Assembly: GCA_964606775.1 (NCBI GenBank)
Contig: CAZSGW010000003.1
Span: 13,335-77,334 of the forward strand
Length of the DNA: 64,000 bases
Direction: 5' to 3'
Source of the DNA: Candidatus Woesearchaeota archaeon
GTDB lineage: Archaea > Nanobdellota > Nanobdellia > Pacearchaeales > GW2011-AR1
The notes under the pieces are model-generated. The model had not been told where the DNA came from, searched no databases, and saw only the letters and a list, made by a program, of their open reading frames with translations. Shown piece by piece: positions 18,612 through 29,090 of the stretch (the stretch's first letter is position 1; every line of letters starts with the position of its first letter). Both the position numbers and the translations under genes were made by a program.

Positions 18612-19451
18612 ATGAGAATTCCAAATAAAACACATAAGATTAGAAAGGAATGTTTGAAAAATATTCGTAGGCAGAAGCCAAAATATCCCGAATTGCTTTC
18701 AAGGATAATTGAAGATTCAGACATAATTCTTGAAGTCTTGGATGCAAGGTTTCCTGAACGGACAAGAAATGAAGAGGTTGAAGAGCAAATAAAAAAGAAG
18801 GGCAAGAAAATAATTTATGTGTTGAATAAATCTGATTTAATTGAGGGTGAGAAAAATAGGAAAATGGATGTGACTCCGAATATTTCTGTTTCCTCTAGAG
18901 AGCGAAAAGGGATAAAAAAATTGAGAGATCAAATTAAAATACAAGCTAAAAAAATAAAGAAGCCTGTAGATAAAACAGGAAAAATAAGTATTGGAGTTAT
19001 CGGATATCCTAATACTGGTAAGAGTTCTTTGATTAATATTTTGATTGGAAAAAGTTCTGCAGGAGTTGGAAGTGATGCAGGGTTTACAAAAGGAATTCAA
19101 AAGTTGAGGTTGGACTCTGAAACTATTTTGTTGGATAGCCCTGGAGTTATTCCCGAGGAGAAATATTCTGCAACGGAAGGAAAAAAAATTGCTGAACATA
19201 CTTTGGTTGGAGGGAGATCTTATTCTCAGGTAAAAGAGCCGGAAATGGTTATCTCAAATTTGATGAAAGAATATTCTGATGTTCTGGAAGAGAATTATGG
19301 AATCGATTCGGAGGGTGATTCAGAAATTTTGATTCAAGAGTTAGGGAAGAAAAAAGGTTTTATGAAAAAGGGTGGAGAGGTTGATGAAGATAAAACTGCG
19401 AGATATATTTTGAAGGATTGGCAAACAGGAAAAATTCCTGTAAAAAAGTAA
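18612..19451 (+). CDS. circularly permuted ribosome-biogenesis GTPase (YlqF/RbgA/MMR-HSR1 type)
   Basis: 279 aa. G4 (VLNKSDL) precedes G1 (GVIGYPNTGKSSLIN) and G3 (DSPG), the permuted order diagnostic of this family. Confidence 0.75.
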   Translation: MRIPNKTHKIRKECLKNIRRQKPKYPELLSRIIEDSDIILEVLDARFPERTRNEEVEEQIKKKGKKIIYVLNKSDLIEGEKNRKMDVTPNISVSSRERKGIKKLRDQIKIQAKKIKKPVDKTGKISIGVIGYPNTGKSSLINILIGKSSAGVGSDAGFTKGIQKLRLDSETILLDSPGVIPEEKYSATEGKKIAEHTLVGGRSYSQVKEPEMVISNLMKEYSDVLEENYGIDSEGDSEILIQELGKKKGFMKKGGEVDEDKTARYILKDWQTGKIPVKK

Positions 19452-19485
19452 TAACATTTTTATAGTTCAAGCTTTTAAAAAATGC

Positions 19486-20589
19486 ATGAAGCAGAAATTA
19501 ACGTTAAAAGAGAAGGTTAGCCAATTATTTATCTCTAAAAATCCAGATAGCATTGTTGATATTGAAGAATTTATTAATCAAGGGATAGGAGGCTTCATGA
19601 TTGGGAAAGGGGGAGAGATTGTTAATTATAATCAAAAGGATTTAGAGGGAGATTCTAAAGAATCTTTGAAAAGGTTCATTAAGTCTATTCGGGAATTGTC
19701 TGAGAAAAATAAGAAGACTCCTTTGTTCTTAGCTATAGATGGAGAAGGAGGTTCGTATTTTAATAGATTGAAATCTTTTTCTACTTTGAAATCAGCTAGG
19801 ATATATGGAAAAAAATTTGAAAGGGATGGTAATTTGGATTATTTTATTGGAGAAATCTCTAAATTTGCTAAGTTAATGAATGAGTTAGACATTAATATGA
19901 ATTTTGCTCCTTTGTTGGATGTTGCGAAAAAAGGATATAGGGGCTATGTTGCTGAAGAGAGAATAAAAGTACGGAAGAATGATTTGACAAAGTCTGAAAT
20001 GGAGGCATCTAATCGTTCTTATTCGGATAAGCCTGAAGTTGTGAGTATACTTGGAACAACTGCAATGAAGGTTTATCAAGAACATAATATAATTCCCACA
20101 CTGAAACATTTTCCTTCTTATGGAATTTTGGATGATAATGAGAATCCTCATGAAGTGTTGCCGGTGTCAAAATTGTCTTTATCTACTATTCTGAAACAAG
20201 TTAACCAATACAAAAAGGCAATAAAGATGGATGCTTATGCTATGATGACAGGCCATGTAACTACTGCCTTGGATAAAGATAGACCTGCATCTATTTCGAA
20301 AAAGGTTTATAAGTTTGTTCGGGATAAATTAAGATTCAAGGGGCTTATGGTTGTTGATGAATTAAATATGGGCGCAATAAAACAATTTTATGGATTTACT
20401 AGTGTTGAGAAAGCAGCTATCGATGCGATAAAGGCAAACGATATTATTCTGATTTCACATCCAGACACCTTTGTTTTTATGAGAAACGCAATTTTTGAAG
20501 AGGCGAAGAAAAGTTGGGAAATGCGAAAGGTAGTTAATAATAGGTACAAGAGAATTATAAAATATAAGAAGAAAATTGGTTTAATTTAG
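19486..20589 (+). CDS. glycoside hydrolase family 3 N-terminal domain protein (NagZ-like beta-N-acetylhexosaminidase)
   Basis: 367 aa. KVSQLFI, NFAPLLDV and KHFPSYG correspond to GH3 motifs (KIGQLFM, NFAPVLDV, KHFPGHG). Confidence 0.6.
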   Translation: MKQKLTLKEKVSQLFISKNPDSIVDIEEFINQGIGGFMIGKGGEIVNYNQKDLEGDSKESLKRFIKSIRELSEKNKKTPLFLAIDGEGGSYFNRLKSFSTLKSARIYGKKFERDGNLDYFIGEISKFAKLMNELDINMNFAPLLDVAKKGYRGYVAEERIKVRKNDLTKSEMEASNRSYSDKPEVVSILGTTAMKVYQEHNIIPTLKHFPSYGILDDNENPHEVLPVSKLSLSTILKQVNQYKKAIKMDAYAMMTGHVTTALDKDRPASISKKVYKFVRDKLRFKGLMVVDELNMGAIKQFYGFTSVEKAAIDAIKANDIILISHPDTFVFMRNAIFEEAKKSWEMRKVVNNRYKRIIKYKKKIGLI

Positions 20590-20590
20590 A

Positions 20591-21616
20591 ATGGTTGATT
20601 CAAATGTTGAAAGTTATGAGGAGTTATTGTCTCCTTCGAGAATTATAGAAAAAATTCCTCTTTCTGAAGATGTAAATGAATTTGTTCTTGAAACTAGGGA
20701 TGTTTTGAGGAGAATAATTGATGGGGAAGATAAGAGAAAAATTTTGATTGTTGGTCCTTGTTCAATACATAATTATGATTCTGCGAAAAAATATGCTTTG
20801 AAATTGAAAGAATTACAAGATAAAGTTAAAGATAAAATTTTAATTTTGATGAGAACTTATTTTGAGAAGCCTCGGACTTCATTAGGTTGGAAGGGGATGT
20901 TATATGATCCTGATTTGGTTGAAAAATATGACATTGAAAAAGGGTTGATTGAATCTCGGAAGTTACTTTTGGAAATTAATGAATTGGGGTTGGGTTGTGC
21001 GACAGAGTTTTTGAATGTTATAACTCCTCAATATATTGGAGATTTAATTTCTTGGGCGGCAATTGGTGCTAGGACAACAGAATCACAACTTCACCGTGAG
21101 ATGGCTTCTGGACTTTCAATGCCTGTTGGTTTTAAAAATAATGTTTTAGGAGATATTTTGCCCGCGATAAATGCCATAAAATCTTCGAAAAACCCCCATT
21201 CTTTTTTAGGGATAAGTTTTGAAGGTAAAATAAGTAAGGTTAAGACAAAAGGGAATGAATATTGTAATATTATTTTGAGGGGGGGAGAGAAGGGTCCAAA
21301 TTATTCTTCTGAAGATGTTTTTGAAACTATCGGGAAATTGAGAGAGAATAGTTTGAATGAAAAAATTTTTGTTGATTGTAGTCATGGAAATTCGGATAAA
21401 AATCCCTTGAAGCAGAGTGAAGTCTTAGAAAATATTTCTGGTCAGATTAAAGATGGTAATGAGAGCATTATTGGGTTGATGATTGAATCTAATTTGAAAG
21501 AAGGAAATCAAAAAATTGGTTCGGATGTTGATCCTGAAGTATCAATTACTGATGCTGGTTTGGGATGGGAAGATACCGAGAGAGCAATCTTAGACTTTTA
21601 TGAAAAATTAAAATAA
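20591..21616 (+). CDS. 3-deoxy-7-phosphoheptulonate (DAHP) synthase, class I alpha (AroG-like)
   Basis: 341 aa. ILIVGPCSIH...LMRTYFEKPRTSLGWKGMLYDP is the class I alpha DAHPS signature. Confidence 0.8.
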   Translation: MVDSNVESYEELLSPSRIIEKIPLSEDVNEFVLETRDVLRRIIDGEDKRKILIVGPCSIHNYDSAKKYALKLKELQDKVKDKILILMRTYFEKPRTSLGWKGMLYDPDLVEKYDIEKGLIESRKLLLEINELGLGCATEFLNVITPQYIGDLISWAAIGARTTESQLHREMASGLSMPVGFKNNVLGDILPAINAIKSSKNPHSFLGISFEGKISKVKTKGNEYCNIILRGGEKGPNYSSEDVFETIGKLRENSLNEKIFVDCSHGNSDKNPLKQSEVLENISGQIKDGNESIIGLMIESNLKEGNQKIGSDVDPEVSITDAGLGWEDTERAILDFYEKLK

Positions 21617-22084
21617 TTGTCTGATTAAATGTCCTACTATGAATGTAATTGCAATAACGACTATTGCTACAAGTAAATGTTCCCCTATTTTCATCCAAGG
21701 ATTGTCTTTTCTTTCTTTAGCTACTTTATAACTAAATAGGCTTAGGATAATTATTCCAATTCCTATGTCTATGAATATTGCCAACCTTAGATAGATAAAT
21801 AAAATTGGAAGTATGAAAATGCTTGCGAAGAGTAGTTTTGAAAAGAATGTTGCGAATGTTGCTTTCCAGATGTTTTTGTGACTTGTTTTGTGGTTTGCAG
21901 ATTCTTCTGAGAGGTGGATTCCAAAGGCGTCTGAAAATGCGTCCGCGATTGCAACTGAAAGTATTCCTCCTAGAACTGCTAGTTTTGAATTTGTGCTTGC
22001 GTACAATCCAATTATCACTCCAAGAGTGGTTATAACACCTGAAGTAATTCCAAATCCAAAACCTCTTTTAATGAATTGGTTCAT
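21608..22084 (-). CDS. VIT1/CCC1-family small membrane protein
   Basis: 158 aa. Gly-rich TM helices with DAFSDAFG and GxxxG-like motifs, as in VIT/DUF125 proteins. Confidence 0.5.
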   Translation of the reverse strand: MNQFIKRGFGFGITSGVITTLGVIIGLYASTNSKLAVLGGILSVAIADAFSDAFGIHLSEESANHKTSHKNIWKATFATFFSKLLFASIFILPILFIYLRLAIFIDIGIGIIILSLFSYKVAKERKDNPWMKIGEHLLVAIVVIAITFIVGHLIRQLF

Positions 22085-22104
22085 AATTGTCCAACGAAGA
22101 ATTG

Positions 22105-23475
22105 TTATAAAAACTTAACCATGTAAGTTCTTTCGAGTTTGTAACTGAGTTTTTTGTAATAGTTCCTTACACCCACTCCTGAGATTACGAGAAGTTTTCT
22201 GCAATCTTTCTTTTTAGAAATATTTTCAGCTTCCTGCATTAGCCATTTTCCTAGTCCTTGGTGTTGCGCTCCAAAACCTTCTTTCATTTTTTCTCCTATT
22301 TTCAAAGCTTTCCCATAAACATGAAGTTCCCTTACAACTGCATATTTTCCCATAACCCTTAGTCTTAGTAATCCAAACAATATATCGTCTTTGTTTACAA
22401 TTTCTAAAAAATATTCATCTCCTTTTGATGATCTGTATTTTGTAACTTTTAGATTTAGGTCAAGATTAACTTCTCTTTTGTCTCTTAGTGCAAAACCTAT
22501 CTCTCGGTATCTTATTTCTTTCAATTTAGAATTCTTTTTTCTTAATTTTTCTTCAATGTCTTTTCTTAGGTCGATGTTTTTTGTTCCTGAGACTATGAAT
22601 TCAGGGGGAATTTCTCTCATTACTCTCATTACTCTGCAATATCTTGGAACTTGTTTTAGCATTTGAACTAAGACGTCTTCGATTTGTTTTTTTGAATAAG
22701 TTGTGTATTCTTTGTCCCAATACATTTTTTCTAGTTGGCTTCCGGGCATGACTTGGCAAGGATAGAGTTTTAGCTGATCTGGTTTGAATCTTTTGTCGGA
22801 GAATAATTTTTTGAAAAGTTTTATGTCTTTTTTTGGATTGCTTCCTGGAAGTCCTGGCATTATGTGGTAACCGACTTTGAATCCTGCATTTTTTAGACAG
22901 GCTGTTGCTTTTGCTACATCTTCTACGGTATGTCCTCTTTGGACTTTTTTGTAAATTTTATTGTCGATTATTTGAACTCCTAATTCAACTCTTGTGCAAC
23001 CGAACTCTCTCATTCTGTCAGTGTATTTACAGCAAACATCTGGCCGTGTTTCTATACATAATGCCACGCATCTGTATTTCGATTTTTCGTTTAATCTTTG
23101 GGCTTGTTTTAATGTTGAAGATTTTTTGTGATTGAGTGCATCGTAAATTCCTTTTATGAATTTGTATTGGAATCTTTTTGGATATTCTAAGAAAGTTCCT
23201 CCCATAATTATTATTTCAATTTTTTCTGTCGGGTGATTCATTGCTTTGAACGCTTTGATTCTTGATTTTACTTGTTTGTAAGAATCGTAATCTAATGCTT
23301 TGGCTCTTAGAACTACGGGGGATTTTGGAGTGTAGCTTTGAGGAACGTTTAGATTTGGACAGTAGATACAATTTCCGTGTTCACATTTTCTTGGTGGAAG
23401 CATAATTGCAACAGGAGTTATTCCAGATATTGTTTTTGTTGGTTTTCGAACTTCGTTTTTTTCTGGAGGTTTCAT
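22105..23475 (-). CDS. elp3: Elp3-like tRNA uridine-34 acetyltransferase (radical SAM + GNAT)
   Basis: Start trimmed to MKPPEKN at 23475. CEHGNCIYCP radical-SAM cluster, HIMPGLPGS Elp3 motif, and C-terminal acetyltransferase region. Confidence 0.85.
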   Translation of the reverse strand: MKPPEKNEVRKPTKTISGITPVAIMLPPRKCEHGNCIYCPNLNVPQSYTPKSPVVLRAKALDYDSYKQVKSRIKAFKAMNHPTEKIEIIIMGGTFLEYPKRFQYKFIKGIYDALNHKKSSTLKQAQRLNEKSKYRCVALCIETRPDVCCKYTDRMREFGCTRVELGVQIIDNKIYKKVQRGHTVEDVAKATACLKNAGFKVGYHIMPGLPGSNPKKDIKLFKKLFSDKRFKPDQLKLYPCQVMPGSQLEKMYWDKEYTTYSKKQIEDVLVQMLKQVPRYCRVMRVMREIPPEFIVSGTKNIDLRKDIEEKLRKKNSKLKEIRYREIGFALRDKREVNLDLNLKVTKYRSSKGDEYFLEIVNKDDILFGLLRLRVMGKYAVVRELHVYGKALKIGEKMKEGFGAQHQGLGKWLMQEAENISKKKDCRKLLVISGVGVRNYYKKLSYKLERTYMVKFL

Positions 23476-23517
23476 TATAATGCTATATTTTTTAAGCTTA
23501 AATTTCTTTGGGATTTT

Positions 23518-24126
23518 ATGAAAGATCAAGAAAAACTTTGGGATGAGATTGCTCCTGAGTGGCATGAGTATAAAAAAATTCCAGCTGAGAAAACTCGGGA
23601 CTTCTTAGAGAATACTTCGGGAAATGTTTTGGATTTAGGTTCTGGTTCTGGGAGAAATATGATTCAAATTAAGAATGGGAAGATGTTCCTTGTTGATTTT
23701 TCTCAGGAGATGTTGAACTTAGCAGAGGATAAGGCCGGGAAAGAAGGTATTGATATTGAAACAAAACAAGGACAACTTTTTGATATTCCTTACGAAGATA
23801 ATTTTTTTGATTATGCAATTTGTATTTCTGCTTTACATTGTATTGAGGGCGAGGAAAATAGGAAGAAATCTGTTGAAGAGCTTTATAGGGTTTTGAAAAA
23901 AGGTGGGAAGGCTTATGTTGGTGTTTGGAATGTTGCTTCTAAGAGATTTAAACATAAGAGAAATAAAGGGAAGGAACAAATGATTGGTTGGACAGATAAA
24001 GGAGAGAGGTATTATTATTTATTTTCGGAAGAGGAAGTTCATAAATTATTTGAATCTGTCGGATTTAAGATTGTTTTAACCCATAATTCTGAAATGATGG
24101 TAAATTTTGTTGTAGAAAAAGTATAA
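23518..24126 (+). CDS. class I SAM-dependent methyltransferase
   Basis: Start trimmed to MKDQEKLW at 23518. Motif I reads VLDLGSGSGRN. Confidence 0.7.
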   Translation: MKDQEKLWDEIAPEWHEYKKIPAEKTRDFLENTSGNVLDLGSGSGRNMIQIKNGKMFLVDFSQEMLNLAEDKAGKEGIDIETKQGQLFDIPYEDNFFDYAICISALHCIEGEENRKKSVEELYRVLKKGGKAYVGVWNVASKRFKHKRNKGKEQMIGWTDKGERYYYLFSEEEVHKLFESVGFKIVLTHNSEMMVNFVVEKV

Positions 24127-24150
24127 AAATAAAAAAGTCTAGTAAGTTAA

Positions 24151-24663
24151 ATGGAAAAAGAGGTTGAGTTATTCACTGATCCGCAGAATTTGATTGTTTC
24201 AATTCTTCTTTTGGCAGGAGGAGTTCTATTGGTTATAGCTTCAGTGGGAACTTTTGATTTGGATAAAGAGCAGACTATAACACTTTCCGCGGTAACTACA
24301 ACTGCATTGTTAATTCTTATATCAGTTTTACTCAAGCCAAAAAAGCGTGAAAGAGAGAAGGAACAAAGAATTATTGAAAAGCCGATTATTAAAAAAGAGG
24401 TTGTTAAAGAAGTTCAAAAGCCAATAATTAAAAAAATAATTGAAAAAGTTGAGGTTCCTATTAGTAAGGAGAAAAAAGAAAAATCTAAGCCTGTTAAGCC
24501 GAGGAAAAGGTACGATTATGTTGGTTCAAAATTAACTGAGACATATCATAAAAGTAAATGTAGGTTGGGAAAATCAATAAAATCTAAATATAGGGTTAAG
24601 GAAAATGATAAAAAATACTTCAAATTAAGAGGGTATAAAGCTTGTAAAGTTTGTAAACCTTAA
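24151..24663 (+). CDS. membrane-anchored protein with KEVxKPIIKK repeats and Cys/His C-terminal motif
   Basis: 170 aa. N-terminal TM helix, short tandem peptide repeats, and a C-terminal YHKSKC...GYKACKVCKP metal-binding-like motif. Confidence 0.4.
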   Translation: MEKEVELFTDPQNLIVSILLLAGGVLLVIASVGTFDLDKEQTITLSAVTTTALLILISVLLKPKKREREKEQRIIEKPIIKKEVVKEVQKPIIKKIIEKVEVPISKEKKEKSKPVKPRKRYDYVGSKLTETYHKSKCRLGKSIKSKYRVKENDKKYFKLRGYKACKVCKP

Positions 24664-25310
24664 TGGAAAAGTCCTTTAGTTATTGTTCCTCTTTCCTTTG
24701 CTTCTCTTTTAGCAACTCTTGCAGCGGCGTTATAAAATTTGTGATTTTCTAGAATATTTATTGCAGTGTGGTAATCGTCTCCTCTGTGTTCAGCAAATCT
24801 TGCAGCTTTTCTAATTCTTCCTGCTTTTAGATAGTCACAAACAGCTCTTTGATATGGCTTAAGTTCTCCTTGATCTTTGAATAAATCTTTACATTCTTGG
24901 CAATCGTCTTCCCTGAAAATATTCTTTTTTTTAGTTGTAGTTCTAGAGGAATTTGATTGAGTGTTTGAGGCATTGTTATTTCTTGTAAAATAATTAGTTC
25001 TCGAAGAATTTTTTCTTGAATCTTTTAACTCGTGATATTCATTGTAATAGTAATTTAAAGTAGATTGAACGTCTCCTAATTTAGAAGTTAGATTTTTGTT
25101 TTTTCCCTCTAACTTTTCGGCTTTATTGCAAAAATAATTGGCGGTCTTAATTTGGTCGTTGATAACTTCTTCTTTTTTTGCAATTATCTCGTTATCGTGT
25201 TTTTTAGTTAAACCAAAAGTAAGTAAACCTGTCAGAAAAACTGCAGAGGTATAACCAATTATATTTTTTCGATTTTCGTTCAACCATTCTTTAATTTCGT
25301 ACCATTCCAT
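24660..25310 (-). CDS. hypothetical protein with N-terminal TM anchor
   Basis: 216-aa ORF with a C-terminal Cys pair. Confidence 0.4.
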   Translation of the reverse strand: MEWYEIKEWLNENRKNIIGYTSAVFLTGLLTFGLTKKHDNEIIAKKEEVINDQIKTANYFCNKAEKLEGKNKNLTSKLGDVQSTLNYYYNEYHELKDSRKNSSRTNYFTRNNNASNTQSNSSRTTTKKKNIFREDDCQECKDLFKDQGELKPYQRAVCDYLKAGRIRKAARFAEHRGDDYHTAINILENHKFYNAAARVAKREAKERGTITKGLFH

Positions 25311-25377
25311 GGTTTTTATAAAAAATGATTATTTATAAATCTTTGTGTATTGTAGTCATTATAAAATTAATACACTT

Positions 25378-25905
25378 TTAGGAGGTTTTTCCTTTCTTAA
25401 CAATTTTCATCATATCAAAGAATGATTTCTTTTTGAATTCTATTATTTCTTTTTTATCTAGGTCAAAACTGAATTTAATTAGCCCTAATCCAGATATAAA
25501 AATTGTTCCAATTAAAACGTTTTTTCCTTTGGAGGTTTGTAGACTCCATAGTATCTTTTCAACTTTTTTGTTGATTTTTTCTTCTTCCATTTTTTTGATT
25601 AAGGATTCTTCAATTTCTTCAAAATTAAAGTCCAAATCCTTTGGAACTTTTTCTGCGATAAAATTACTTTTAACCTCTAAATCAGATTTAAACTCTTCTT
25701 GTGGGACCAATTTTATTGGATTTAACTCGAAAACAAACATTTTTTTTGAGGCGGGTTCATAAAAATCTAGAAGTTGTTTATTTTCTTCACCCTTCTTGTC
25801 GATTGAAAAAAATGCGGAGCAAAAAAATGCTTCTGGATTTTCCTTCTGAAATTTTTTGTATTCTTCTGAATTGAATAATTTTTCTAAGTAAAATTGTAGG
25901 TTCAT
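25378..25905 (-). CDS. hypothetical protein
   Basis: 175-aa ORF. Confidence 0.4.
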   Translation of the reverse strand: MNLQFYLEKLFNSEEYKKFQKENPEAFFCSAFFSIDKKGEENKQLLDFYEPASKKMFVFELNPIKLVPQEEFKSDLEVKSNFIAEKVPKDLDFNFEEIEESLIKKMEEEKINKKVEKILWSLQTSKGKNVLIGTIFISGLGLIKFSFDLDKKEIIEFKKKSFFDMMKIVKKGKTS

Positions 25906-26004
25906 GATTTTACCAAAAATAGCTCTTTTTAATATCTTGTGGTGGTTTTAATCTATATTCAAAAGTAAAGAAATAAATAAAAATGCTTTAATGTTGGTAT
26001 TTTC

Positions 26005-26286
26005 ATGAGTTTAGAAAAAATTGGTGTTCCTAAAAAAAGACTTCCAGAGAAAGTTGAGGGGGTTGCTAGATTTGGAAAGGTCCTTACTTTAGATGATAAT
26101 TTTTTTACTATTGGAACAAGGCATCACGGAAATCATACTTTTTGGAAAAAATATTCAAAGAATTTTGAAAAACCAAGTAAAAATGAAAGGGTGTATTTGG
26201 TTTTTTATGGACATGGAAAAAAAGTCCATCCTTTTGCGTATAAAGTTATTTCTGATGTGGAAGGAAGAACTCTTTATGAGGAATGA
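26005..26286 (+). CDS. hypothetical protein
   Basis: 93-aa ORF. Confidence 0.3.
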   Translation: MSLEKIGVPKKRLPEKVEGVARFGKVLTLDDNFFTIGTRHHGNHTFWKKYSKNFEKPSKNERVYLVFYGHGKKVHPFAYKVISDVEGRTLYEE

Positions 26287-27981
26287 TTAATTTTTATTTT
26301 CAATTTCATTCTTAATTTTTGAAATGAATTCGTTTAAAGGGATTGTTTCTAATTTTTTCTCTCCACCTTTTCTAATCGCTATTGAATCTGCTTCTTGTTC
26401 TTTATCTCCAACTGTCAATATGTAAGGAATTTTCATCATTTCAGCATCCTTTACTTTTGCTTGAATTGTTCTTTGTGTGAAATCTGCATCAATTCTTAGG
26501 TTTGGAATCGCTTCTGCTAATTTTTTGATTACTTCTTTTCCGTATTCTTCGTTTCTGTCTGTGAAGCTTAAGACTCTACATTGGATTGGAGCTATCCAAG
26601 TGGGTAGTCTTCCATTTGTATGTTCTAATAGGATTCCTAAGAATCTTTCTAAACTTCCATAAATTGCTCTGTGAATCATAATGGGTTTTTTCTTTTTGTT
26701 GTCTTTGTCAGTGTATTCCAACTCGAATCTTTCGGGCATTGAAAAATCAACTTGAATAGTTCCACATTGCCAAGTTCTTTTGAGAGAATCCGTTAAGTGA
26801 AAATCTATTTTTGGACCATAAAATGCTCCATCACCTTCGTTAATTTTGTATTTTATTTTTCTTTTGTCTAAAACTTTTTTCAGGGCTTCTTCTGCTTTGT
26901 CCCAAATTTTTTCTGAACCTATCCTTTTTTTAGGACGAGTAGATAATTCGATGGAGTATTTGAAATTAAATTTTTTGTAAACCAATTCCATTAAATTTAT
27001 TATTTTGAAGATTTCATCTTCTAATTGTTTTTCTGTGCAGAATATATGTGCATCATCTTGGGTGAATTGAATAACTCTAAATAATCCTCCTAGAACTCCA
27101 GATAGTTCTTGTCGGTGTACAACACCGAACTCGCCTGATTTCAAAGGTAAATCTTTGTAGCTTTTTGGAGAATTTTTATAAATTAATAGTCCCCCTGGAC
27201 AATTCATCGGTTTGATTAAAAATTGCCTTCCTTCGTAATCTGTGGAGAAATTATTTTCTTTGTATTTATCCCAGTGTCCAGAAATCTGCCAGATTTTTTT
27301 GTCCATTATTTGTGGAGTTAGAACCTCTTCATATCCCTCTTTTTTCATCAAACTTCTCATGAATTCAATTAATTCGTTTCTTATAATTAGTCCCTTATTA
27401 TGCCAAAAAACCATCCCTGGAGCTACTTCGTTGAAGGAAAATAAATTCATTTTTTTCCCTAGAATTCGGTGGTCGTTGTCTTTTAGTTTTGAGGTATCTA
27501 GTTTTGATTTTGATATTTCTTTCAGTAGTTTTTTGGAATCTATTTCTTTTTCATTCCCTTTTACGATTATTTCTCTGGATAACTCAGAAAGAGGATGTCC
27601 TTTAACTTTTATTTCAAATTCTTTATAGTATCCGAATGGAGCTCTAAAAACATTGAAAATTTTTTTCAGTGCCTTTTCTGCTTTTTGTAAAAATTCCGAT
27701 GCAGTTTTCGGGTCTGCTAAGTTCTTCGATAAGTGGGCATAAGGATATAAAACTACATTGTCAAATTTAACTTGTTTTGCAATTTCTTTTACATTTTCTA
27801 CCAATTTTTCAACAACAGATTCGACATCTTCATCATGTTTTTCAACAGCAGTCATTACTGCCAAAGCGTTTTCTACATGAACTTCTTCTTTCTCCTTTTC
27901 TGGAAGGTCATCTATACTTTTGATTGCTTTCTTCAATGGCTTAAATTTAATATAATCTGTATGTAAATTTAGAGTTTTCAT
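26287..27981 (-). CDS. thrS: threonine--tRNA ligase (archaeal type)
   Basis: 564 aa. Class II motifs (FRVIQFTQDDAHIFC, HRAIYGSLERFLGILLEH), an archaeal-type N-terminal editing domain, and a C-terminal anticodon-binding domain. Confidence 0.9.
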   Translation of the reverse strand: MKTLNLHTDYIKFKPLKKAIKSIDDLPEKEKEEVHVENALAVMTAVEKHDEDVESVVEKLVENVKEIAKQVKFDNVVLYPYAHLSKNLADPKTASEFLQKAEKALKKIFNVFRAPFGYYKEFEIKVKGHPLSELSREIIVKGNEKEIDSKKLLKEISKSKLDTSKLKDNDHRILGKKMNLFSFNEVAPGMVFWHNKGLIIRNELIEFMRSLMKKEGYEEVLTPQIMDKKIWQISGHWDKYKENNFSTDYEGRQFLIKPMNCPGGLLIYKNSPKSYKDLPLKSGEFGVVHRQELSGVLGGLFRVIQFTQDDAHIFCTEKQLEDEIFKIINLMELVYKKFNFKYSIELSTRPKKRIGSEKIWDKAEEALKKVLDKRKIKYKINEGDGAFYGPKIDFHLTDSLKRTWQCGTIQVDFSMPERFELEYTDKDNKKKKPIMIHRAIYGSLERFLGILLEHTNGRLPTWIAPIQCRVLSFTDRNEEYGKEVIKKLAEAIPNLRIDADFTQRTIQAKVKDAEMMKIPYILTVGDKEQEADSIAIRKGGEKKLETIPLNEFISKIKNEIENKN

Positions 27982-29090
27982 TTGAATATTTTGTTAACTT
28001 CCTTTTTAGCTTTTTCCAATTTCTTTTGATGCTCTTTTAAAAAATCACTTATCTTTTCAATGCAATATTTTTTCATTTCTCCAGTGGTCATTTCTCCTTG
28101 TTTGTATAATCGGTAGATTTCATCTAATTTTTTATCATCTTGCTCAAAAAACATTTTTAGGTATTGGAATGGGACGTCAATGTCGGGGTTTCCTCCCTTT
28201 TTTTTATGTTCTTCGAGAGTTGCTTGTCCTCCCGAAAAAGCATACTTGTTAATTTTTTTCTTTACTTCTGAAGCTGAATCTGTTAGTGCGATGAAGGAGT
28301 TTGGATTTGAAGAACTCATTTTTCCTCCACTTAAACCAGGCATAAAAGTATGATAGGTTGAACTCAATTGAGTGAATTTAGGGTTTTTTACTCTTTTAGA
28401 GATGTCTCTTGCTAATCTCAAATGTGGATCTTGATCAATTCCAACAGGAACTAAGACAGGTAAAGGTTTTCCTTCAAATTCTTTCAATTGAGGGTGTAAC
28501 ATGTCCGATGCTTGTAATAAAGCGCTTAACATTTTTCCAGGAGTTATTTCTCCGTAAACTCCTTTGAATTCTGCGAAAGTTGCGTGTCTTGCCAAGAGAT
28601 TCTGTAATTTGTAATATGCGTTTGATTTGGTTGGATCTTGGCTTCTCTCAGATTGAAAGTAAATATCTGCTTTTTTTAAATCTAAACCGAGAGCAACATA
28701 ATTTGCAATGTATTCTTCTAGCGCATTTTTTCTTGCCTCTTCTAAACTTAGTCCTCGAGCATTGTAGGATTCCAGGTCTGCGACTGCAATATAGATTTTT
28801 GCTCCAAGTTTTTGCCAGAAAATAAATTGTTGGGCAACAAGCATATGTCCTATGTGGAATTTCCCTGTTGGCATTAAACCCGTCATCATTACGAAAGGTT
28901 TTTTTTCTTTTATTGCATTTAAAATTCTTCCAATATCTCTATTAGCAAAAACAACACCTCTTCTGAATAATACGTTCTCACTAAAAATTTTTGGAAGTTC
29001 TTTCATAGGAGAAATACCGAACTTTTCAACTAATTTCTTGTAATTTATGTCTCCTTCAACTTCCCAAGGGTTAAACACGTCTTTTTTCAT
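27978..29090 (-). CDS. trpS: tryptophan--tRNA ligase (archaeal/eukaryotic type)
   Basis: 370 aa. HIGH-like FHIGH, KMSSS, and a C-terminal block (AFSGGQATLEEHKKKGGNPDIDVPFQYL) closely resembling eukaryotic/archaeal TrpRS. Confidence 0.8.
   Translation of the reverse strand: MKKDVFNPWEVEGDINYKKLVEKFGISPMKELPKIFSENVLFRRGVVFANRDIGRILNAIKEKKPFVMMTGLMPTGKFHIGHMLVAQQFIFWQKLGAKIYIAVADLESYNARGLSLEEARKNALEEYIANYVALGLDLKKADIYFQSERSQDPTKSNAYYKLQNLLARHATFAEFKGVYGEITPGKMLSALLQASDMLHPQLKEFEGKPLPVLVPVGIDQDPHLRLARDISKRVKNPKFTQLSSTYHTFMPGLSGGKMSSSNPNSFIALTDSASEVKKKINKYAFSGGQATLEEHKKKGGNPDIDVPFQYLKMFFEQDDKKLDEIYRLYKQGEMTTGEMKKYCIEKISDFLKEHQKKLEKAKKEVNKIFK

Noticed and set aside
23377-23565. Overlap of the methyltransferase ORF and Elp3 ORF extensions.
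   Set aside because: Both were trimmed to internal starts (23518 and 23475) that remove the overlap and give the divergent genes a normal intergenic promoter region.
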